A stretch of DNA of 64,000 nucleotides from a virus. The stretch is from the IMG/VR virus record IMGVR_UViG_3300036766_002288, positions 96,001 to 160,000 of that record. One strand, written 5' to 3'. Of this stretch, positions 18,385 through 28,058 are shown piece after piece. Both the position numbers and the translations under genes were made by a program. The stretch's first letter is position 1, and each line of letters opens with the position of its first letter. The notes below the pieces were generated by a model. It saw only the letters and a program-made list of their open reading frames with translations, was not told the origin of the DNA and ran no database searches.

Positions 18385-19260
18385 ATGATAATGAATTTTC
18401 TATCTATTGATGATTTGTCCAATATAAACATTACCAATATATTTGAACTTGCCACAAATGCGTCAAGGTGCCCGCCGACTAGACTTAATAATAAAATAAT
18501 TGCGACTGCTTTTTTTGAACCTTCAACAAGAACCAAACTATCCTTCCATTCTGCAATCCTGCGCATGGGTGGCACGTATATTGACCTGCCAGACAATTCT
18601 TCTTTGAAAAAAGGAGAAAGTGAAGAAGACACAGTGAGAACTTTGTCTCAATATGCCGACTGCATCATCATTCGTCATCCGAAAGACGTTAGAAATTTAG
18701 CACATTATTCTAACGTCCCTGTCATTAATGCTGGAGATGGTAGTAATGAACATCCAACACAGGCTTTATTGGACATGTTCACAATAATAGAAAATGTCCA
18801 ATGGCCAAATTTAAAAATAATGTTCACAGGAGACTTGTATCATAGTAGGACTATTAATTCTTTAGTAAGAGCTTTAGATAAGTATATTACGCACGCAAAC
18901 TGTGCCCCAGGAAATGTCGAATTTATATTCACTAACGATATAAACTCTGAATTAAAAAGATATCCACATACAATGATAGATGAAAAAGATATACCATATT
19001 GTATTGATACAGTGGACGTTCTTTATATGACTCGTCCACAAATAGAAAGACATAACCCCTTAGACAAGGCTACACATAGCGATTTTGTATTGACAAATGA
19101 GTTGGCTAACAAAATGAAAAAGGATGCAGTTATTATGCATCCCCTTCCACGTACAAAAGAGTTATTGCCAGAAGTTGACAGCAATCCCCGTGCTAAATAT
19201 TTCGACCAAGTAAAGAATGGAGTTTATATCAGGATGGCACTTCTTTACTGGTTACTTTAA
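18385..19260 (+). CDS. pyrB: Aspartate carbamoyltransferase catalytic subunit
   Basis: FFEPSTRTKLSF, INAGDG..EHPTQALLD, YMTRPQIER, MHPLPR, NGVYIRMALL. Confidence 0.95.
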   Translation: MIMNFLSIDDLSNINITNIFELATNASRCPPTRLNNKIIATAFFEPSTRTKLSFHSAILRMGGTYIDLPDNSSLKKGESEEDTVRTLSQYADCIIIRHPKDVRNLAHYSNVPVINAGDGSNEHPTQALLDMFTIIENVQWPNLKIMFTGDLYHSRTINSLVRALDKYITHANCAPGNVEFIFTNDINSELKRYPHTMIDEKDIPYCIDTVDVLYMTRPQIERHNPLDKATHSDFVLTNELANKMKKDAVIMHPLPRTKELLPEVDSNPRAKYFDQVKNGVYIRMALLYWLL

Positions 19261-20942
19261 CGCCCGTGACAAATCGGCAATCTACGACCAATTCCAAATG
19301 CAATAGGCGTGATCTTAATGCCAGGAGCGGCCTGTCTACGCTTAAACTCATTGATGTTGATTAAACGAATCATTCGCTTATATTTTTCTTCAGCATCCTT
19401 GCTATCAATCCAATCTTGTATAGGAATGTGGCGACTATTGTTGTAATACTCTCTGAAAGCTTTAAAATCCCCAATAAATTCTTCAACATAAGCTTCCACA
19501 ATCGCATCCAAAATTGGATAGGGTAACAGACTAGCTTCGTCAGTTTGCCCTGGAGCAAGTTCAGCAGATGGGGCTTTAGTTAAGATATTCTCAGGAATGT
19601 AGTATTTACGTGTTCTGCCCGATCTTCCATCTTGATTATAAAAATGTGCCATGTCATAAACCTGCATTTTATACAGGTCATTAATCGGACAGAAGCCACC
19701 ATTCATATCGCCATACAAAGTGCAGTAACCAAGTGCTAATTCAGTCTTATTACCAGTTGATAACAACAAAGCATCGAATGCATTGGAATAATACATAAGA
19801 ATCATACCGCGAAGGCGGGCTTGAATGTTTTCATCTGCAATTGGCTTAGGGTCTATTCCCATCTTTAAATTAGCCAATATATGACCAATGAAAGGATTAT
19901 GAGCAATAGGAATAATATGATCGTGACAACCTAAATTATTATGTAATAGTTCAGCATCATTCTTAGAATGTTCACTACTAATTGTAGTAGGCATACGAAT
20001 GCCGTGAACATTTTCAGGGCCAATAGCATCACAGGCTAACGATAAGACTAATGCACTATCAATACCACCACTAGACCCGACAACAACTTGTTTAAAACCA
20101 CTTTTAGTGATATAATCCTTTAGCCCTAGCTTAATCATATCATAAGGTTCATCTCGTAAAATAGAACCCCATTGATCTGCTCTATTGGCATCGTCATAAA
20201 ACTGATATGGTTCCATTCCAGCTACAGCCTTTACTAAACCTTTTTCTACAATAAAACTATTGCCATCAAACACTAATTCGTCCTGTCCACCAAGCTGATT
20301 ACAATAGATTATAGTGCCAATTTTGTCTGTGCTTTGCTTGACCATTTCGATACGCTTCTTGGGCTTGCCCCGAACGAAAGGAGAGCTATTAATACTAATA
20401 ATGTTATAAATACCCCTAGTCCGATATGCTTCTAATGGATTGAATTGGTAATTATAATCATCGCTACCTTTGTCATTCCATAAATCTTCGCAGATACAAA
20501 TACCCCATTTCTGCCCACAAATTTCAACTACAGTTAATTCTGTGCCAGGTGCAAAATATCTTCCTTCATCAAAAACGTCGTAGAATGGCAAAAGGTGTTT
20601 TTGATAAGTGGCGATTAAGCGAGGCCCTTTAAATACCGCCGCCATGTTACGGAACGGTTTACCACAACCACTATAGTTGCGGTCGATATAACCAATTACA
20701 ATATGTGGTTCATAACCAGCAGGAAGATATGAAGGAAGGGCCTGTAAACAATCTAAATTTTTTCCTATAAAATCTTTGCGAAACATCATATCTTTACAAA
20801 GATAACCAGGAATAGCTAACTCTGGGAATACAATTAAGTCAGCGTTATTTCTCCTACCTTCAGCTATGCCAACTACAATTTGTTCATAATTCCTTACGAA
20901 ATCATTAGGTATTGTATTGATTTGACAGATAAGGGTTTTCAT
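19257..20942 (-). CDS. nadE: Glutamine-dependent NAD+ synthetase
   Basis: Nitrilase triad (FPEL, QKHLLP, ICEDLW) plus SGGIDS, NIQARLRG, STGNKTE, GYCTLYGD, FKRRQA; start at ATG 20942 behind GGAG. Confidence 0.95.
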   Translation of the reverse strand: MKTLICQINTIPNDFVRNYEQIVVGIAEGRRNNADLIVFPELAIPGYLCKDMMFRKDFIGKNLDCLQALPSYLPAGYEPHIVIGYIDRNYSGCGKPFRNMAAVFKGPRLIATYQKHLLPFYDVFDEGRYFAPGTELTVVEICGQKWGICICEDLWNDKGSDDYNYQFNPLEAYRTRGIYNIISINSSPFVRGKPKKRIEMVKQSTDKIGTIIYCNQLGGQDELVFDGNSFIVEKGLVKAVAGMEPYQFYDDANRADQWGSILRDEPYDMIKLGLKDYITKSGFKQVVVGSSGGIDSALVLSLACDAIGPENVHGIRMPTTISSEHSKNDAELLHNNLGCHDHIIPIAHNPFIGHILANLKMGIDPKPIADENIQARLRGMILMYYSNAFDALLLSTGNKTELALGYCTLYGDMNGGFCPINDLYKMQVYDMAHFYNQDGRSGRTRKYYIPENILTKAPSAELAPGQTDEASLLPYPILDAIVEAYVEEFIGDFKAFREYYNNSRHIPIQDWIDSKDAEEKYKRMIRLININEFKRRQAAPGIKITPIAFGIGRRLPICHGR

Positions 20943-20953
20943 TTTAACTCCAA

Positions 20954-21166
20954 TCAATGTTCATATTCGCCTAACGCACTTAAGAATATGTCATTATCCA
21001 AAGCTTTACGAAAAATATCTTCTACGGTTTTGATACTCATGCCTAGTGTTTCTAAAAAGAACACTCTTTCCTCGTTGTTCATTTCGCGTGTAGTCTCACG
21101 AAGACGTTTATTATATTCTAGAACTTCATCAAGGATTTCATTACGTCGTTCGATTCTTAACATCAC
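20954..21166 (-). CDS. Hypothetical protein
   Basis: 70-aa helical ORF. Confidence 0.45.
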   Translation of the reverse strand: MMLRIERRNEILDEVLEYNKRLRETTREMNNEERVFFLETLGMSIKTVEDIFRKALDNDIFLSALGEYEH

Positions 21167-21350
21167 TATGTTTCCAATTTTGGTAAAATTTAAGACAGGT
21201 TGGCTCTAAAATGGGTGTTAATGGTTTGGCAGGTTCATCAAACATCGGTACTTCACATTTTTTAGCGATACCCGAAGCAACCAGCCAATCTAATAGTTCT
21301 TTCCAGTCAGCTTCAGCTTCGATAGTAAATGTATTAGGAACGTAAGCCAT
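21141..21350 (-). CDS. Hypothetical protein
   Basis: AAGGAG RBS before ATG 21350 (MAYVPNTF). Confidence 0.45.
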   Translation of the reverse strand: MAYVPNTFTIEAEADWKELLDWLVASGIAKKCEVPMFDEPAKPLTPILEPTCLKFYQNWKHSDVKNRTT

Positions 21351-21369
21351 TAAAACTCCTTTGCCATAA

Positions 21370-22002
21370 TTACCCCATATAACCTGCTGAATGTTTTGGG
21401 TCTGGCAGATTTTGTTGAAGGATTCGGCGTAATTCAAAACTTGGATATTTCCCTTGAACTACTTTTATAATTTCTCCGTCCTCAACTTCTACTACTGTCT
21501 TTTTATCGCAAACAAACGTGGCAATGCCAGCACACATTCGATCCCCGCCATCCCCTGTATGTGCGGCATCTAGCCATTTGACACCTTCCCAAATAGTTTT
21601 ATATTTCAATTGCCATTCATATAAGTTGTCTTCTTTTGCCTTCCACGTTTCAATTGTGAATTCAGTTGGCTGATTTTTATGGTTGTGTTCCTTGAGAGTC
21701 TTAGAATCAACGGTTCCAGCAACCCATTGAAGTAAATCGCAACATTGACCAAGACTGCCCTCTAATACATTATGATAGGGCACATCTTCAAGTGACCTAA
21801 ACATCATAGGGTCAACAACTTTATAACCTTCATAAATATTAGCATTAAGAATTACATTCACACCTACACTAGAATCTTCTGGACCACCTGATAGTCCACT
21901 CAATTTACCTGCCAGACCAGTTACAAAACTATAATGATTGACAAAAGCTCGCAGAAGATGAACTTCTGTTTTATGGTTTGGATTTACCCTATTTGATCTC
22001 AT
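21370..22002 (-). CDS. Hypothetical protein
   Basis: 210-aa ORF. Confidence 0.55.
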   Translation of the reverse strand: MRSNRVNPNHKTEVHLLRAFVNHYSFVTGLAGKLSGLSGGPEDSSVGVNVILNANIYEGYKVVDPMMFRSLEDVPYHNVLEGSLGQCCDLLQWVAGTVDSKTLKEHNHKNQPTEFTIETWKAKEDNLYEWQLKYKTIWEGVKWLDAAHTGDGGDRMCAGIATFVCDKKTVVEVEDGEIIKVVQGKYPSFELRRILQQNLPDPKHSAGYMG

Positions 22003-22003
22003 G

Positions 22004-22681
22004 TTATAATTCCCGTAAAAATAAATCTCTGAAACAGTTTTCCACCTCTACAGTTATATTAGCACAAAAATGTGAAATGTCAATTTCCTTCATGTCACAG
22101 TGGCGTTTTACCCACGGAGATAACGCAGCATAGAAACCAGAAACTTTACCAACAGAAATCCAGCACCCTATATCTTTTGCCATTTCTTTAAATTGCTCCT
22201 CATCTTTAATTTTAGAATCCAGGAGTTTTTTAGTTTGTTTCAACTCATTTTGGATTGTTAGAAAATCAACTTTGTCCAGACCCACTTCTTTCAGGGTCTT
22301 CACTTTTTCAATATTGTCGAATTTCTTTTTCCAAATTTTCCACCGAACCCAAGCCTTGTCTCCAATTAAGCACCAAGTAGATATCAATGGATGGGTGTTA
22401 CCAATTTCCACAGCTTTTAACATTTGAAGTTGAGCCATGACATACAATTTATAATCTTTAGGGTCGATTAATCCCCTTGTTTCCTTCTGCAATTTGTAGC
22501 AATATTTAAACAAAGTGCTATTGCGTGGATCACCCTTTTTAGGGTAACTAGTCTTAGTCTTGCAATCAGGGAAAACTTTTTGAGAAGATTCTATCCACAT
22601 GAGTCCAATTTTGTATGCAAGAGCCTGTTCGTCGGTCATACTATATTCAATGATTGGTTCAAGGTTGTAAGCTTCGTCCAT
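22004..22681 (-). CDS. Hypothetical protein
   Basis: GGAG RBS before ATG 22681 (MDEAYNLE). Confidence 0.6.
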   Translation of the reverse strand: MDEAYNLEPIIEYSMTDEQALAYKIGLMWIESSQKVFPDCKTKTSYPKKGDPRNSTLFKYCYKLQKETRGLIDPKDYKLYVMAQLQMLKAVEIGNTHPLISTWCLIGDKAWVRWKIWKKKFDNIEKVKTLKEVGLDKVDFLTIQNELKQTKKLLDSKIKDEEQFKEMAKDIGCWISVGKVSGFYAALSPWVKRHCDMKEIDISHFCANITVEVENCFRDLFLREL

Positions 22682-22692
22682 AAGAGTCTCCG

Positions 22693-23868
22693 ATGAAAAA
22701 GATTTATATTCCATCAAATCTAGATTTGCCAAAAATACTCAAAGACCAATATTCTGATACGGATTTAGACAAATTCCACTATTTTATCCATTTGATCTAT
22801 GAACAACGAATACTATACAAAAATCCAGAAGAATATATCCCACTAAAGGCAGAATATCTGAGAGCAATCATAGTAAGGGATTACAACCGTTATCGCAACA
22901 TCCTAATCGACAAAAACATTATTGACTGTGACGGCAGATATATCAAGGGACAAAAATCTTTAGGTTACAAATTATTACCACCATACTCAGAAGTTAAGCA
23001 TAAGCAAATCATCCTCAAAAATAAACTAATTCTAAAAAACATTGAAAAATGGAAGGCTAAAAGACTTCCTAAAACCAAAGTGCATCAACACTTATATAAA
23101 TTCTTGGATAAGTTAATGATTGATAGTGATGGGGCTTTAGAATCTATTAAGGATTTAAATGTAGTTGAGTATAATTTTTGTGAGTTAGCTATAAACAAGC
23201 TATTGGATAAAGATTTTTTCCTTATTTCTGATGATTACGGTAGAGTTCATACAAATATTACTAGTTTAAAATCATCTCTTAGAAAATTTATCACTTATGA
23301 AGGTAAAGAACTTTACAACGTTGATATTGTCAATTCTCAACCTCTTATTTTGCTTTTAATTCCCTTCCTCTCTAATACCATACGCTGTACATTTTCAGAC
23401 TTTCTTGAAACAGACAAATTAGACATTTTCAAATACAAGGAATTGGTGGAGAAGGGAGAATTATACGAATATTTGATGAACAATTCCAATTTTGATGATT
23501 ATTTGATAGAACAGAACAAAGAATATGACAGAGAGCCGTTTAAAGAGACCTTTTTCAGGGAAGTTTTCTTTGGAAAGAAGGTTAGTGGCTATTTCTGGGA
23601 TTTATTCCCATCTGTGGCAAATATTATAGCTCAAGTCAAAAAAGATGATTACAGAAGTTTGGCTTGGATGATGCAAAGAGCAGAATCAGATTTGATAATA
23701 AACAAGATATGCGGTAGAATCATGGAAGAATATCCAAAATGTTTCATTTCGACAATCCATGACTCCATTCTGACTACCGCAGAGCATGTGGATAAGATAA
23801 AAAGCATTATGTTGGAAGAATTTAAGAAACTAGGGCTATTGCCTTCGATTAGAATAGAACCTGCATGA
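22693..23868 (+). CDS. Divergent family-A/T7-RNAP-superfamily polymerase (TV-Pol-like)
   Basis: DDYGRVHT, motif A NVDIVNSQP, F..VFFG, MQRAES, motif C TIHDSI; no exonuclease domain. Confidence 0.6.
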   Translation: MKKIYIPSNLDLPKILKDQYSDTDLDKFHYFIHLIYEQRILYKNPEEYIPLKAEYLRAIIVRDYNRYRNILIDKNIIDCDGRYIKGQKSLGYKLLPPYSEVKHKQIILKNKLILKNIEKWKAKRLPKTKVHQHLYKFLDKLMIDSDGALESIKDLNVVEYNFCELAINKLLDKDFFLISDDYGRVHTNITSLKSSLRKFITYEGKELYNVDIVNSQPLILLLIPFLSNTIRCTFSDFLETDKLDIFKYKELVEKGELYEYLMNNSNFDDYLIEQNKEYDREPFKETFFREVFFGKKVSGYFWDLFPSVANIIAQVKKDDYRSLAWMMQRAESDLIINKICGRIMEEYPKCFISTIHDSILTTAEHVDKIKSIMLEEFKKLGLLPSIRIEPA

Positions 23869-25142
23869 ATCTTATTCCAATAGCTGTAAAACTTGAGAGT
23901 TTACTACAAGCTGGTGCTTATGTTTTTATAAGCATAGAACCTGCTATCGTAGACTTTACGCGCAATAACATTTCTTTTAAATTCAAAATACTTACTGAAC
24001 TAGGGGACATGACCCTTGAAATGAAGGATGATTTTCTTGAAATCTTAGAGTTTGCCAAAACAGCGATTTTCAATAATAAGGAAATTATGATTATTGGCTG
24101 GGACTTGAAGAATTTGTTTAGTACGGTTTTGTTTAAGACAGGTAGTCAATTTGAAATTGAGAATAAGTTTCTAGATTTGAAGGTTGCGGAACATTTCATA
24201 GGCATTAGAGAGAAGCCACCTACTGACTTTTCCGAGATGAAGGCACGGGTTAAAGTTCTCTTTGCAGATTCATCTTGGCCTAAGTTCAAGCAGATTTACC
24301 AAAAGATTTACTTACCGTTAATTACTGAAGTCATACCTTCCATAGAGTGTGAAGGTATGCTTGATTCCAAAGACCGAAAGATGCTTTATCCTTACTATGA
24401 AATCGAAGGACAGGTGAATGGCAGGCTGTCCTGTAATTTGGCTTATGAAAACTGCATTAACCCACATTCAATGTCTCAAGAACAGAAGGCAATATTATTG
24501 CCAAAAGGTAGGGATTGTTCGTTTTTAAGCTTTGACTTTAATTCAATGGAGGTTTGTACACTTGCTTGGTTGAGTGGGGATGAAGAGTTGAAGGCGATGG
24601 TCAATGGAGATTTTTATAGGTCTTTGTTTAAACTGATTTCTGGCGCGGAGTGTGATACGGATGAGAAAAGAGGATTTTGTAAAAAGATATTCCTGCCTGT
24701 ATTTTATGGAGAATCTGCTAAGGAATTGGCAAAGAACCTTAATTTTAGTGTGGAAACAGCGTATAAAGTAATTGGTAAATTAAAGGCATTATTCCCAAGG
24801 GTATTTTCTTGGGTTGATGAGTATGTTCACGAAAATGAATGTGTGGACTATTATGGGAGAAAAAGAAGATTTTCTTTTGAAGAGAGTTATAAATACAGAA
24901 ATTTCATAATTCAGTCACCTGCTGCTATAGTTTGCCTGGATAGGTTGGTAAGACTGCATCGCAACCTTGGCAGTTATGGTAAGTTGGTGGCTCATATTCA
25001 TGATGGTTACGTAGTAAAAGTCAGTGATGGTTATATAGAAATTGCTAAATCATTATGTCTTGATTCGTTACAATCAGATAGTTCGATATGTCCAGGGCTA
25101 AGTTTGAAGTCTAATTTCAAATTTGGTAAGACTTTAGCTTGA
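23865..25142 (+). CDS. polA: Compact family A DNA polymerase with degenerate 3'-5' exonuclease region
   Basis: NGRLS, motif A DFNSMEV, motif B R..CKKIFLPVFYG, YYGRKR, IQSPAA, motif C HIHDG. Confidence 0.8.
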   Translation: MNLIPIAVKLESLLQAGAYVFISIEPAIVDFTRNNISFKFKILTELGDMTLEMKDDFLEILEFAKTAIFNNKEIMIIGWDLKNLFSTVLFKTGSQFEIENKFLDLKVAEHFIGIREKPPTDFSEMKARVKVLFADSSWPKFKQIYQKIYLPLITEVIPSIECEGMLDSKDRKMLYPYYEIEGQVNGRLSCNLAYENCINPHSMSQEQKAILLPKGRDCSFLSFDFNSMEVCTLAWLSGDEELKAMVNGDFYRSLFKLISGAECDTDEKRGFCKKIFLPVFYGESAKELAKNLNFSVETAYKVIGKLKALFPRVFSWVDEYVHENECVDYYGRKRRFSFEESYKYRNFIIQSPAAIVCLDRLVRLHRNLGSYGKLVAHIHDGYVVKVSDGYIEIAKSLCLDSLQSDSSICPGLSLKSNFKFGKTLA

Positions 25143-25198
25143 TTTAACAAATTTTTATAGTATTATATTTGGTTAGGCAAAATTTCTTTGGAGGTAGA

Positions 25199-25762
25199 GT
25201 GAACAACGGTATTTCTGATAGTTTTCCGATTTCTAATGAAGAATACATGAATTTGGATAAGGATTTTGGCAAGTTAGCTAAGAAACAGGCATGGGAGTTA
25301 TTGAGGAAAAACACAAAAAACAATCATACAGACGATTTTGAAGACGTTAATCAAGAAGTAATTATGGCATTGCTGAGAGCAGGTTCATATTACAAAAGGC
25401 AAATTTACATAGAAAATTGTTTAGAAGTGGCAAAATTATATGTTAAAGATGAGTTCATTGCAAAGATTGTTGAAGAATTAGGTAAGCTTTGGGAAAATAG
25501 AAAGCGTCACGGTGCAAATAGACAAAAATTTGGTCAACCACAAGAACAATTGCTAAGTAGGGTAATGAAGAAATTTGTGCCACCTTCTGCTCGTCCTGAC
25601 AAAAATGCTCCATTAAAAATAGACGAAAAGTTTGCAACTTATTGTAAAGCCATTACTTGGAATGCTCAAAAGAGCATGGGCAGAAAAATCACTAAGGAAA
25701 AAGTTCTTAGAACTGGTATGGCTAGTTTATCGGATTTTGATTATCTTGGGAACGAGGAGTAA
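25199..25762 (+). CDS. Partial sigma factor (region 2 only; gp55-like late sigma candidate)
   Basis: EDVNQEVIMALLRA resembles region 2.2 and KFATYCKAITWN resembles region 2.3; about 187 aa; GGAGG before GTG 25199. Confidence 0.55.
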   Translation: MNNGISDSFPISNEEYMNLDKDFGKLAKKQAWELLRKNTKNNHTDDFEDVNQEVIMALLRAGSYYKRQIYIENCLEVAKLYVKDEFIAKIVEELGKLWENRKRHGANRQKFGQPQEQLLSRVMKKFVPPSARPDKNAPLKIDEKFATYCKAITWNAQKSMGRKITKEKVLRTGMASLSDFDYLGNEE

Positions 25763-25769
25763 AATTAAC

Positions 25770-26012
25770 ATGAAATGGGATGATTATTTCGTATTTGGTG
25801 CATCAACTTTATTTTCTGGATGTGTTTCTGGGATTTTATCAGCAGCGAATCGGTATTTACCACTTTCTTGGGTCGCTGTTGGATTGGGTGCAGTAGCCGT
25901 TTTAGCTGTTTGGGTTGGGGTTTACGAGAAAAAGAGGCAAGAGAAAGCCTCGGCTGAGGAAGCGGCGGCTTTCAAAATTAGGATGGAGAAAATTGATGAA
26001 GAAGCGGTATGA
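25770..26012 (+). CDS. Small membrane protein with two TM helices (holin-like topology)
   Basis: Two hydrophobic stretches and a charged C-tail; GAGGAG RBS. Confidence 0.5.
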   Translation: MKWDDYFVFGASTLFSGCVSGILSAANRYLPLSWVAVGLGAVAVLAVWVGVYEKKRQEKASAEEAAAFKIRMEKIDEEAV

Positions 26013-26235
26013 TAGAGCGGAATACAAGAATAGAAAACTTCTAACTCCATACGATCATTGGGAAGATGTTTGGTCTGTATTTCAGGAAACCATTGATAGG
26101 GCTGGACTTGATAATTCAATGGGCGATTCTAATTACCTGATTGGCAGATACATATACGAAAAAACAAAGTACGACAAAAAAGAATTTATTGCTACTATTG
26201 AACAATATCTTAAAGAGAATGAAGCACATGATTGA
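25996..26235 (+). CDS. Hypothetical protein
   Basis: GGAG upstream of ATG 25996. Confidence 0.45.
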   Translation: MKKRYDRAEYKNRKLLTPYDHWEDVWSVFQETIDRAGLDNSMGDSNYLIGRYIYEKTKYDKKEFIATIEQYLKENEAHD

Positions 26236-26785
26236 ATATGTGGTAGTGTATGCGTATACAGTGAAACCTGGGAAGACCTATGTTCCACTGATTCTGAAAA
26301 AGAAGCCACCGCATTTGGAAGGTATGCTTAATCTTCCTGGGGGCAAGATAAATCTAGGTGAAGACCCTGTTGCTGCGGCATTAAGGGAGCTTAAGGAAGA
26401 AACTGGCCTGGAAGAAGTACAAGAATATGACCCAATGGTATATTGTCCATCTGAGTATATGGGCGTAATTAATGGTGGTACTTGCAATATTCATGCGGTC
26501 AAAGTTCCAGTTGTATTTCAAGATTTGAAACCAGGCCCAGATGAGATTGAAGAAGTTGGCTGGTTCCCCATTCCTGAATTGTATGAATTGCCTAATCTTA
26601 TGCCTAATCTTAGGGTTATGATGCCTTTGATTGAAAATGGTGTCAAGGGCTGGGTAATTTCAGATTTAGATGGCGGGTGGCGAGATTCAAGCCATCATAC
26701 GGTCAGACTTTTTATGGAGCATCTTGATAATCCTTGGGATATTGAAGTCAAGTCCGTTGGATATTTTAAGGGAGAACGAAAATGA
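26228..26785 (+). CDS. NUDIX hydrolase
   Basis: Nudix box GGKINLGEDPVAAALRELKEETGL. Confidence 0.9.
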   Translation: MIEYVVVYAYTVKPGKTYVPLILKKKPPHLEGMLNLPGGKINLGEDPVAAALRELKEETGLEEVQEYDPMVYCPSEYMGVINGGTCNIHAVKVPVVFQDLKPGPDEIEEVGWFPIPELYELPNLMPNLRVMMPLIENGVKGWVISDLDGGWRDSSHHTVRLFMEHLDNPWDIEVKSVGYFKGERK

Positions 26786-27852
26786 AATTTGATAATTTAA
26801 TTGCTGACTACGTTTTCCCTTTAAGGGATGCTCTTGAGACCATTATTGTTGGACAAAAGCACGTTATCAAACGTGTTGTTATGGCATTATTTGCCGTAGG
26901 TCAAAGAGACTTTTTTGCTGATGGCACTAAGTTTCTTGGCACTGGTCACGTCCTATGTGAAGGGGGCACAGGTACGGGCAAGACTGTAATGTGTAAAGCA
27001 TTGGCAAGGTTATTGGCTGGTAATAACAAACGTGTTAGCGGTATGCCTGATGCACTTGCTAGTGATATAACTGGTTGTGAAATTATTCTTCTAAACGGCA
27101 ATACTAAGACTGTTAGAGGTCCGCTTTTCTGCAATGTTATTTTAGCTGACGAAATCAATCGTTTCCCACCAAAGGCGCAAAACGCTTTTATTGAAGCCCT
27201 GGCAGAAGGGTCAGTTACGATTAGCAACGACACTTATCGTTTGGAGCAACCATTTTTCTGTTTAGCAACGCAAAATCCAACAGAACAAAAGGGTACTAGT
27301 CGTATTCAAGAAGCTCTTGCTGACCGATTTATGTTTAAGTTGGTAATGAGAGAGACTACGGAAGCGGAAAAAGTAGAGATTGCACGGAAGACCCACAATT
27401 TTGATTTGTCTGCATTGAAGCAGATTGTTGATAGTGATACGGTTTGTAAGATTAGAAATGAATTATTTGAACACACGTATGTCAGTGACCCGACACGTAA
27501 GTATTGTGCAAGGTTATTGCACGCTATTAATCATCCTGAACTATTTGGATTATTCACGGATGAACTTAAGACTTTGGGGACTGATCCATTGTTCAAGCAG
27601 CGTCCTGCTTTGAATGACCGTGCCATGTTGCATTTAGAAGGTGCGGCGATGATGGAAGCGGTCATGAATGGTAGGGATTATGTAACACCGTATGATGTGG
27701 TATCGGTTGCACCTGATGTATTTAGAGTTAGGTTGATCGTGTTTGATTCCTCGCTCCACCTTTTGACTTCGACATATCCAGAGAGGTATTTGGCTGAGAC
27801 TAAGTTGATTGACTACTTAATCAATGAGACTTTGAATAAGGTGGGAATGTGA
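26782..27852 (+). CDS. moxR: MoxR-family AAA+ ATPase
   Basis: GHVLCEGGTGTGKT, ILADEINR, ATQNP, ALADRF. Confidence 0.9.
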   Translation: MKFDNLIADYVFPLRDALETIIVGQKHVIKRVVMALFAVGQRDFFADGTKFLGTGHVLCEGGTGTGKTVMCKALARLLAGNNKRVSGMPDALASDITGCEIILLNGNTKTVRGPLFCNVILADEINRFPPKAQNAFIEALAEGSVTISNDTYRLEQPFFCLATQNPTEQKGTSRIQEALADRFMFKLVMRETTEAEKVEIARKTHNFDLSALKQIVDSDTVCKIRNELFEHTYVSDPTRKYCARLLHAINHPELFGLFTDELKTLGTDPLFKQRPALNDRAMLHLEGAAMMEAVMNGRDYVTPYDVVSVAPDVFRVRLIVFDSSLHLLTSTYPERYLAETKLIDYLINETLNKVGM

Positions 27853-28058
27853 TTAAGTATGCTTGGAAATATGATGATGGTTCTTATTATGCTTGGTGTA
27901 GTTCTTGGGGATTCCATTGTCGTAGTATAGAGGCAGCACACCTTACCGACACTATTGAGGAGTGGGCTAGCTGTACAGCTGAGGGTAAGCCAGTTATGAT
28001 TGATGTGTTTGGTGAACTTAAATATCCGTGGAATCCGACCCGCAGAGAAATAATATGA
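27849..28058 (+). CDS. Hypothetical protein
   Basis: 69-aa ORF, coupled. Confidence 0.4.
   Translation: MIKYAWKYDDGSYYAWCSSWGFHCRSIEAAHLTDTIEEWASCTAEGKPVMIDVFGELKYPWNPTRREII

Noticed and set aside
6017-20942. Host chromosomal contamination explaining aceA, fbp, pyrB and nadE
   Set aside because: These genes are interleaved with, and often overlap, phage-type genes, share the same AT-rich composition and lack their usual operon partners. Read mapping is still advisable.
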